A stretch of 64,000 nucleotides of DNA, taken from Octopus sinensis. Taxonomy: Eukaryota. Of the stretch, positions 52,721 to 64,000 are shown piece after piece (the stretch's first letter is position 1; every line of letters begins with the position of its first letter). The notes beneath the pieces were generated by a model that was given only the letters and a program-made list of their open reading frames with translations, did not search any database and was not told the DNA's origin. Location: positions 96,348,001 to 96,412,000 of the forward strand of contig NC_042999.1 in assembly GCF_006345805.1 (NCBI RefSeq). Direction: 5' to 3'. A program made the position numbers and the translations under genes.

Positions 52721-54214
52721 GTATATCACAACTTCAGTAGTATACAGTGAGATTTTCAGTTTTATGAAAATACAGCTAAAGACTACTCAGATATCTGAGA
52801 CAAATTTTACAGACGGGTTCTGATCATAGCATGTAGATGCTGACAAATGTAAGGAAAGGAACCCATTATGTAGCAGCTTTATTCATGTTCAGAGTAGTAA
52901 ATATATTTATTTTAATCATAGAAATTGTCATTTCTACAATGCAAGACGAGTATTTTGTTTCAGTTTGTTACTCCACCAAGGATAGAATTTTTAAATAAAT
53001 TATCTCCTAAAATATTAAAGTACTAATTTGAGTAGTTAGAATGGAAGACGCTCTGTAGTGTAATAGATCATGTAATCAATAAGCAGCTTCGATTTAAAAA
53101 CAAACTTATAAACGAAGCAAAACAAAACAATTTTCCGAAGAAAGATATTACAGTGGATCACAAAATCCGTTATCGTACACATCTCACATACTCAAACCAG
53201 ATTGTGTTATTCCACTAATATGTGCTATTTAAATTCACCATAGACTAAACCGGGAAGAGTGGAAATCTATCTAAGGATTTTTTACGAAGTATTTAGAAAT
53301 GTCGAGAGTCCTTCATCAATCGTGTTTCCCCAGTCACTAGAAACAAGAATGCATCCAGGGCATTCCTGTATCCAGTGATTAGAGAAACACGCACTGGATA
53401 CATTCCCTATCCTATCTTAGTTTCAGACTTTCTGAACTATGGTTTCAAAGTCATAAGAAAGTTCAGAAAATTCGAATTTAAAAATGCATAGAAACAAACG
53501 AAACAGGTAGAGAAATTTTATGATGGCGTTAGACATAGTTGCTTGGTAAAAAGAAATAATTCTGGTAGATAAATTGGAGAAAGGGACAACGGAAGAACAG
53601 CTAGCAGGGTTTTCTCAAGAGTTATCCTTAAAATGTGGCAGGATATATATGCATCCAATTCGCTACTTCAAGTCTAAATTGAAACAACATCGACGACAGG
53701 AAATATAGAAATTCTATATGATAAAACTAGATTACGTTATCCAGTCATAAAGAGAAACAAAGCCAGGAACATCAATGCAGAGTGGAAAACTGTCTTTTAA
53801 CGAAGAATGTCTATATTGAAGGAGCATAGCAGCAGTAGCTAAGGACAAGACGCTAAAAGATTTGTTAAAAACAAATGTACTTTAAATAGTGGATCATGGT
53901 AGAAATAGAACTAAAGGAGGAAAAGAGAAGCTGTGTATAATTAGTTGATTTGTAAGGTAGTGGGGTGCGTGTTGTCTTTAGTTATCACACTGAAGGATCT
54001 GCAACCATTTCTTTGGAAATGAATAAAGAGAGAATAAAACCGATTTGTAAGTAACGAGGATAGGTCACAAAACTTATAGAGAGTGGGCTGTCGATTCAAA
54101 CGATTATACCATTTGATGTGTACGTATTTTATCTACTCAGAAAGGGTTAAAAGTATGACAACCGCAGCGGGATTTGAACGCAGGCGATAAAGAAACGACA
54201 CTATATATTATATG

Positions 54215-54568
54215 TTCTTTTATCTTTTACCTGTTTTAATCATTGGCCTACAGCTATGCTGGGGCACCACCTTGAGGAGTTTTAGTCGAACAAATCGGCC
54301 CAGTATGTATTTTTAAGTCTAGTACTTATCTTATCGGCCTCTTTTACTGTACTACTTAGTTAGCTCACGTAAGCAAACCAACACCGTTTGTGAAGTGGTG
54401 GTGAAGGTGTACAAAAGCAGACACAAAGACAGACACATTTGCACATATATACACGACGGTCTTCCTCAGAGTTTCCGTCTACCAAATTTACTTACAAGGC
54501 ATTGTTCGGCCCGTAGCTATAGAAGACATCCAAGGTGTCGTGCAGGGGGATTGAACTGGAAACCATAA
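54215..54568 (-). mobile_element. SINE family A, old diverged copy
   Basis: Reverse complement of the family A tail (ttcttttatcttttac) and body (gtttccgtctaccaaatttacttacaaggc...). Confidence 0.75.
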
Positions 54569-54939
54569 GAGTTTTTTTTTAAATAAATACAAAGGTAAAT
54601 TAATTGCATTCAATGCGAAATAATTCCATGTAAAACATAAAGTAAGCCATGTCATGTACAAGGAAGTCAATTAAAATATAATTGTTATTGATACACTGTT
54701 ATGTAAACATACATAGAATTACATACACATACAGACGTTCATACATTTAGACACACATACACAGAAATACAAATATGCTTATCTTTACATACATATACAG
54801 ACATGTAAATATTCATTCAAACACACACACACATAAATACAAATATAGGCAAATTTGTTGGTTAACTAAGACTAAGGCCTATCTCGAGTCTATAGTGTCA
54901 TGAGGGGACTGGCTTATCCATGTTGCTGGGGCTGTCAGA

Positions 54940-55140
54940 GAAATAAAATTACAAGATTCATCCCTGAATGGGACGCCAGTCAGTCGTAGTGTTATCTCCT
55001 GTGCTACTGGCTGAGGGAACTGGAGTAACATGAAATGAAGAACCTTGCTTAAGGACATGATACACTGCCTGTTCCAAGAATGGAATTCACCATCTGATGA
55101 TTGCGGACTCAACTGAGTAATCACTAAGCCATCCGCCTTC
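54940..55140 (-). mobile_element. tRNA-derived SINE, family C, diverged copy
   Basis: ccctgaatgggacgccagtc...gaactggagtaacatgaaatgaag...cttgcttaaggaca; homologous to 55812-55989. Confidence 0.7.
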
Positions 55141-55658
55141 ACAATTAGTGATATTTAGGTTTTTAACAACTGAAACAGTTTGAAGAATTTTCTAGAGGTG
55201 TGTTAGAGTTCAAAAATGTTGTGACTGTCAAGCCATAGTTTAGTAACAAGAAATAACCTGGTTTTTAAATATAGCTTCAATAATTTTTATTAGCATAGGG
55301 AAAAGTTCTTCTAAATATGAAGAATATTAAACGATTTGAATTTATAAACAAAAAATCTATGACATTAGCAATGAAACGACTAACCTATCCATTAGTCTAA
55401 TAAACTGTAAAGTGAATTTTAGATGAAGCATGTGCAGATCTGTGTTGAGATAATGTTTCTTTCAATTAAATATATCTAGTCTAATTACAGTGATAGAAAA
55501 CTTTCAATTTGCCTGTGGTTCACAGTAAGCGGGAAAAACTTTACTCGCATCTAATGAACACCGCTAACAAGTTTATATTGTTTAAAATTTGCATAAATTT
55601 CAATTTGCTATTCTAAATTAAGTACGTTGCATTGATTTTTCTTCACACTCACTTCCTC

Positions 55659-55749
<91 letters not shown>

Positions 55750-55811
55750 CGAAAGAGATAGTCCACTTTACTCAATACGGCGCATAGGCAGGGTTTCCGG
55801 TGTATATATTC

Positions 55812-55989
55812 CACCCTGGATGAGACGCCAGTCTGTCACAGAATTACTAAGTTTTACTTGCTGAGTGGACTGGAACAATGTGAAATGAAGTGTTTTGCTC
55901 AAGAACACAACACATCACCCAGTCCAGGATTCGAAACCACAATTTTACGATCATGAGGCCATTACCTTAACCACTAAATCATGCGCCTA
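55812..55989 (-). mobile_element. tRNA-derived SINE, family C
   Basis: Minus strand begins gtaggcgcatgatttagtggttaagg (A box)...gtttcgaatcc (B box), then cttgagcaaaacacttcatttcac...ccagtccactcagc. Confidence 0.85.
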
Positions 55990-57544
55990 CACACACACGC
56001 GCGCATGTGAATCGTTGGCAATGGATCGAATTTGACATGAAATGTTCAACATTGTCTTTCATCATCTTTATGAATTATGGCTCAGAGTTGTTTTAGAGCA
56101 AAGTTAGAAATACATCTTTTCTGAATATTCAATTAATTCATATGATGTAAGTAGATTGTGTAACGTCACAAGATAATATTATAATTTCTTTTTCAATCAA
56201 TATTAAATACCTAACTTTAGTAGATATGGATATAATAATTTTGTAGGACTGTGTTATACTGTGTTGGCAATTCTGTACCTCTTACAGATCGGCCTCAATT
56301 CTCTCATCATATCCCCCTTCCCACCTGTTTTTGAAATACCATCTGTTTCTGTTGAATATGATACTCCAATGTTGACCTACTTCTTAGTTTTAGCGTCTAG
56401 CAACAATACATACACCTCAGTCAAATGGTGCTAGTTCAGCAAAAGACCAAATTCCAGCCCAGACAGCGACTGCAGGTTCAACGGGACACCGCGGAGAAAA
56501 TAATGATTGAAATAGATTTTTGTTCTGACCGACACCTGATACCCAGCAATGGGTCTCACAGGCTTTGAAACATGTGGTATCTTTATTGCTTGGTTTATAT
56601 TTCAAGAGACGCAGGATGATCTTAATTCTCCACCCCCTACAGTGAAAAGCGATATCTGTAGCAAACAATTCCCACCCCACACATCTTTATTTTTGTTCGT
56701 TTTCCCTTCATTTTTCTTTTTCCTTTATTTTTGTATTTTCTTTATCAAACACGATTCTTCAACAACCGTTTTACACCCGCTGGATTTGTTCAGGTGCTTC
56801 CATAAGCATATAACAAACTCACAGTTCATTATTTTCGCATTAATTTCCACGCTTTGTTAATGTTAGAAAGTCATTGTCTAACCGACAAGTATCAGACAGT
56901 ATTTCCCCCTCAGAAGATGGAGCTAGTCAATTAAAGATGCGAATGTCCACACACACACAAACAAACAAAAAAAGAGAGAAAATCTGTAGTTAAGTTTAGT
57001 TCAATCTGATTAATAAATGTAATTATTGATTTCTTAAAAGTGAGACAAAACATCTAATTTATAGAAGGAAATTAGATTATTCCAGGTTCATGCTGTTTAT
57101 AATTTCCGCATTTTCATTAGTCATAATATTTTATATGTTAATACTTAGTCCCAGATCGACATTATTCTATCAGACCTATGACGTTTCTGCGATTAGGACA
57201 ACAGTATCTGATGTATCCTCAATTCTAAAGACGGTAGAGTGAAATTTGAGCAAGATGTAGCAATTATTTCAAGAAAGTCGGGCGATTACGTGTAGTTCCC
57301 CTTGTTGGTGTTATTTGAAATATAAAGGTCCCTAGTACTGTTGAGTTGAGGTTGTAACGTACTTTCGATTCTTAGCTGAAGTGCGTTCCCTCTACTCACA
57401 CTGATACTATCTTAGGAAAAAGTCTGAACACTACTTTCTATAAGGCCATTGTGAAATAACTGGCTAGAAAATAGGAAAAACTTACATGACCTAATTGTAT
57501 ATATATATATTATATATATATATATATATATACAAATACTTATA

Positions 57545-57641
<97 letters not shown>

Positions 57642-57643
57642 TA

Positions 57644-58467
<824 letters not shown>

Positions 58468-59849
58468 CTGAAGCACTGCTGTTTGGTGTTGCTGCATAAT
58501 TTTTACTTCACTAATTCATTTTAGAACTTGATATTTGGTGCATGTGGAGTTTGACGCCGCTGCCCGCATTTGCACTTCCTACTGTGAATTTGGCTTAAAA
58601 CCTTAAAATCAGGCTTTTTTCCTTCGTCAACACAGCCTGTTTTCACGGTTTTAATCCAGAAATTGGAACCAATTCACAATTAACGTGAAGTCTTTTTAAT
58701 ATTCTTTCACTAGCCCGTTTTCAGTTACGTGTATATTTAATCTGAAATTTTCGGTAGCTTTTTGAATGTTTCGGCAGTTCAAGTATGTTGGAGTTAGGTC
58801 GTTTTCACAAAGTACACAAGAGTGAAAAAAGAAAACCAAAAGAAACTATCGTTGTATGTACAAAATTATTACTTCTGTTGCTACTTCAGAATTATCTTGG
58901 TTAAATATTTCTTTCGAGAACGTTCTTAAGTTCAGATATATTGTTCTTTTTACTTGTTTTTTTTTTATTTATTATTCGCTAATTTTCAAGGGTCATTCAC
59001 CAGAATAAATATACATTTAAAAAAATATATATGACGTCTCAGACTACAATTTTTTTTATTCACAATCACGTATACGGTAATACATACGAAGGGAAGCTAA
59101 GTTTCATAATCGAGATTTCAGCAAATTTTGAGAATTTGTTAGTAGGTTGACGATAGTGATATATAGTAATCGTAATCAAGAGGGATGTTTTGTCAGCTGC
59201 CTATCCTTTAAAAACGAGGGGATTAATGCTATAAGTTTTCGATGGGGAGGGGGCGTTTTATTTATTTATTTATTTTGTGTGTCATATTTTATTAAATTGC
59301 AGGAAGAGACATGGTTGAAAGTTTTTATGAATGGAAGAATTTCATTGGAAGAAATGAATCGCGGACAAGAATTACTAGCATCTAATATAAACTAAATTTC
59401 AATTATAAAAATGAGTAGGAAAGTGTTATTTTGATAAATACTAAGGAGTGTTTGGTGTTTGTGACGATTGACAAAAATGTCATTCAAAAACTTACGGATC
59501 CTCGAAAAAGAGAGGGTGAGTAGAAAACGTCAATGAATTTAGCAGAACCAAACAAAATTTGAATCCGGATTGTCTATTGTCATCCTCCGAATAAGAAAAT
59601 AGAACACAAGTGGCTAAAATGATGGAGGGTGAATGGGGAGGAATAGACAGAAAAAAGGAAACAGAGAAGAGAGGAAGGACGAGAAACAGCGGAGAATAGG
59701 GAGATATACTGTTAACAGATATTGAAGACAGTTGATTGAGGGTAGAATGAAAAAAGATACACAGACGGCTGTAAATAGGTAAAGTGAATAAGAGAGTGGG
59801 TTCACTTATAGGTAATTTCCCCCCATACTCCTAGAGTTATTAATGATAT

Positions 59850-60700
59850 AAAGCAACAATTAAAAAAGTTGAGAATATCTTTTCTCGAAGATAGAGCTAC
59901 ACCACTAGTTTCAAAGAGATCAATGCCTTCGCCGTTGTAACTTTCTACTAATGAAGCGTACTGAAATATCTTTCTATGATAGAAGTGGAAGCTGTACAGA
60001 CGTTCAATATCTTTAGATAGGAGCTAACTCTGAGATATACATTATTGCGAAGTAACAACGAAATAGCCATTTGGACCCTTGGAATTAAATTCTGTTTAAG
60101 GAAAAGGGAGAATAAAGCAGGTGTCGGAAATTTAAACCCCACTCAGATAAAAGTGTAAGTTTTGGAAAATTGAAAGTTTCAGGGTAAAGTGAAAATGTCG
60201 CGTTCAGCGTCCGAAATCAGGGTTTGGGGGCTAACAATTATCTTCTAGACAATATTGCTGAGAGAGTTAGGGAAACCTCCATTCTTCGTTTTGGATGTCG
60301 GTGACTATCTTTTCAATGGCACTAAGAATACTTGACAAACACCCGGAACTAGTCCATCAAATAGTGTTATACGTGCTAGATAAACATCCAGAGACAGTAG
60401 CGTTTTCTAGACAATGGAGTTTAAGGAGTTTTGGTAAATAATTTGGAGAATGAAGTAGTTCCTCTCTTAGGATCAGAGATGGCCATAGTAAGAGATGGTA
60501 TTAATGGAGCTATGCATCCGTTTCTTGCTTAACGCCGTCGTAGCTGGAAGAAAGAACGCTTACGTCATAATGCTTACAAATGAATATTGAGAATTTAAGA
60601 CAGTGAAATCCGAGAAGGATCTGTGGGGAGTCAAGGCGAATAAGTACTTCAGGAATATTTAATCATGTAATTTTTATTTATTGTTTAATTTTACTAAGAT
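59850..60700 (-). mobile_element. Possible very old LINE reverse-transcriptase remnant
   Basis: Weak minus-strand similarity only (KDIERL...QRRRH near 59900-60010; GCIAPLIPSLT...FSKLF near 60430-60520); heavily interrupted. Confidence 0.3.
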
Positions 60701-63564
60701 ATTAATATCAATTTTGATTTTATTCACCAGTATAACAATTTTATAAAAATAACGCGACGCTTTCACTATACTCAGAAACTCAGTTTTTGGAAAGTTTTCA
60801 CGTTTGTAGTGAGATGAGCTAAATTCCCGATGTTGTACAGAAAATTATATAAAGATTAATTTCCTTCTTTTGGATGATCAGTTCAGTAAAGCTATAAAAC
60901 CTGGCTAAGGAGTTTGCTTTTGTGGTGTAGATATTACTGTGAAAGAGTCATCGGTATTAGACAGAAGAGGATAGGAAGGTTAATCCCAGTTAGATGATGT
61001 GCTTAGTAATAAACTAGAATAAATAATTGCAATTTGGCGGAGGGGAGATATTTTAACTGCGTGACAAATGTAACATGGCAACAAAATATTGTCATTGTCA
61101 ATTTTCAGCAAGTCCTCATTCTTCACGCTTACATCATATCAGCTGGTCAAGCATTCTGAAGTGTTAGGTTTCCAACAATTGAAAGATGGAAGACATCAAT
61201 TGATATTATTCCTGTTGAATTTTTAAATGCCGATTCTATATGCAATATATTCAGACACTTCAGTATGGTTAGCAGTAAAGATAGTTCATTGCCAGATGTA
61301 ATCTATTCAGAGTTGGCGAAATTCCGATCTACTGGAACAATGGCCAAGAAGCTCAAACTGCATGCAGATGAAGCTTTGAAGTTAGTTGCAATGTAGGTTA
61401 TGGCATTAGATAGGGATATAATCTATCAATGTTAGCAAAGGGAGAATGACAGAGGAAAACTTTTGAGTTTGGAATTAAGGTCAATGTATTTATGCATTTC
61501 ATTAGGAATATCAAATATTTAATCTGCTGGAAGTAATATGAAAGATCTTACTTAATTATGGGGACAGAATACATTACGTAAAATTATTGTTCAAAGTTCA
61601 AATCTCGTAGGAATGGCTTTATCGTGTCGCACATCTCTTACAACTAAGTGGTCAGAAACAAAGACGTTATAGTTTCATCACCATGTGACATTTGGATAAC
61701 GTTGTCATCCACATCAAATCCTGGTCAACAAATGTAACAACAACGGGAACAGTAGCAAGTAAAACTTAAAATTACTACTCAAATGCAACAAAAACGGTAA
61801 CGCAAATATCACTTGATAACCCAAAATTGACGTATTATCAGCAAAATTACAATCATTATCATCATTACGATCATCATCGCTATTATCGAATTTGAGACTT
61901 AAGGAGAAAACAGTCATCCCTACATTGTAAACTCCAAGCCGTATCTCAACAAAGGTTAAACATGTTACATAGGAAGTAATGACAGCGTCGTGGGCGGTTG
62001 TAGTTGTCAGCTCTGCTCAAGTTGTACTATGTATAGTATACAATCAGCTGAATGATAAGGTCCAACCTATCGATCCATCTTCCCAGCTACAGCATAATTT
62101 CGCATATCTGAGGACCATACTGCACTATTCGTCTCGCATTGATGTATAGTATAGGATTCATTGTGATAGGTTGAAAATATTGTACACTCTCCATTGACGA
62201 TCTTGTAGATCCGCAGAATTAGATGACTGCTACACTGGAGGCGGACAAGCTGAACTCAGAATGAAGCATTGCTGTTCCTCTACAATTAGTATGTTTGTGG
62301 TCTGCATCCCAGCGCTGTGTTCGAGTACCAGTGATATTATTGCTTCTGTATTTGTTCTTTATGCTTTGGGCTGAGTGAGAGAGAGTTTTTAGGCTGATGC
62401 CAAGGTAGTATTAATAGGTGTTGCATACGTGGCTGTATGTTAGGACGTAGATTTTTCATCTAATGACAAAGATTGCGCTGACTGAAACTCACTGCCATGC
62501 AAACTAAGCTCATCGCATGTCCACATGGCTTTTCATACTTAGTTTGTCGTGTATTTTTCTAAGTGGTGTGTGTACTTGTCATGATGTGTAGAGAGACGTT
62601 TGTGCATTTTACAGATCAATAAGAGAAGACTAAAGCCTTAGATAGATATGGTATAATCTACGATGAATCCAATGTATTCTTTTGATACCATAGTTGTTAT
62701 TCCTTTCGGTTGACCAATTATGATACACAACATTGTTCTATGTATGTCTATGCTGTTTCTTTTTTCTTTACTATACTTACTATGTGTATTTGCTATAGAA
62801 TTATGATTTCACTCATCTCCTAGGTTCTGGGCATTTGACAGTGCTGACGCGAAAAGTTGACAGTTGTTGGTGAGTACCGTGATCCTTCAGCCTTAGGTAT
62901 TTAGGATTTCGACAAGTAAAAGTTATTTTTAGTTTAGATTTTTCATTGGGTATCTATCAAAGTCAAGGCCCAAATGCGAAATCGGAGATTGCTATAAGAA
63001 GTTAATGTCGTTTTGCCTCCTGTATATCTAGTATATCTAGTGTGTTATGAAGCGTATGAAGGAATTGCATGTTAGCCCTAGTATTTTTGTCTTTTGTATA
63101 AAAGGTATGTTTGTGTTACTGAATGTGACGGTTGGTTATATTTGATAGTCTCTGATAATACCTGTATGATGAAATTGTATTTGGTAGATGTAATTCTAAG
63201 AGTCAGTTTTGTAAATCATTTATGTAGTTGTGAGAAGAATGGTAGAATATGAGTGAGATGACATCTATGTATAACGCTGTCTGTAATAAGTTATTACTTT
63301 TCTGATGTCTGCATGAAAAAAAGGGTCATGTTCCGTGATAATCGTATTTCTCTTCCGTTTTTTTTCTTTTAGTGGTTGATATTCGAGGAATGTCTAAGAA
63401 CTTTTGCTTAGGGTAACAGAATGGGTATATTAATTGAAGGTGCTACTGTGAGTTTGGATGTGATATCACTGTTGTTGAAGATGATGCTAATTACTGTTTG
63501 CAGTATTTTTCTATTTGTTAATACAAATATATTCCAGTTGTTTTGTTTTTCTATTTCATTATTA

Positions 63565-63597
<33 letters not shown>

Positions 63598-63601
63598 TTG
63601 T

Positions 63602-63639
<38 letters not shown>

Positions 63640-63956
63640 TAGTAGTAGTAGTAGTAGTAGTAGTAGTAAAAGCTCTACCACTTTCTAAACTGCAAAATTG
63701 AATTGTGCATTGAAGAATGTCTTTGTACACTGTGCATCGTGAATGTCTCCTTCTCGATTAGTTCATTTTGACAGACATTGACCTCTCTTTGTTTTCCTTG
63801 TCAATGACTTTTCTTATCACTGATAAAGTAAATCTTGGAGCCACATCACCATTTAGTAGTTTTATAAATTAAATTGTTAATGCCGATTCTTATCTTAGTT
63901 TTTGTTGTTTGTTACAAACACTTCCCCCACCACTTTTTTTAATCTATCCTTCGGGG

Positions 63957-63996
<40 letters not shown>

Positions 63997-64000
63997 CGTT

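Noticed and set aside
9097-55989. tRNA genes or CRISPR arrays
   Set aside because: The A/B-box sequences are SINE heads that continue into SINE bodies; no regularly spaced repeat-spacer array exists and the DNA is eukaryotic.
51927-56860. Non-repetitive ORFs 51927-52271, 56417-56680 and 56549-56860
   Set aside because: No recognisable domain, composition like background, and no convincing splice context.
62823-62869. Plus-strand 47-nt segment bounded by catctcctag and TG|gtgagt
   Set aside because: Could be a micro-exon but has no independent support; such pairs arise by chance in 64 kb.

Overview
AT-rich eukaryotic genomic DNA packed with (TA)n/(CA)n microsatellites and transposon relics. 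The SINE families and a molluscan-type insulin point to a cephalopod, most likely Octopus; this is inference from recalled family features, not a database search. I can support only one host coding feature: the last coding exon (C-peptide end plus A chain) of a molluscan four-disulfide insulin-like peptide on the minus strand (23708-23922). I could not find its signal-peptide/B-chain exon in the 40 kb upstream, so the intron is probably longer than 40 kb. The rest is repeat-derived: a decayed autonomous Helitron and a Helitron-like non-autonomous element, mariner and DD37D relics, LINE 3' ends, a Penelope GIY-YIG fragment and at least three tRNA-derived SINE families. The most distinctive non-coding signal is a recurring set of fold-back (inverted-repeat) insertions plus several Penelope-type minimal hammerhead ribozyme motifs; two are close to canonical and both have a GUU cleavage triplet. 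Almost all entries in the supplied ORF track are microsatellite artefacts. Coordinates were read by eye and element ends are approximate.
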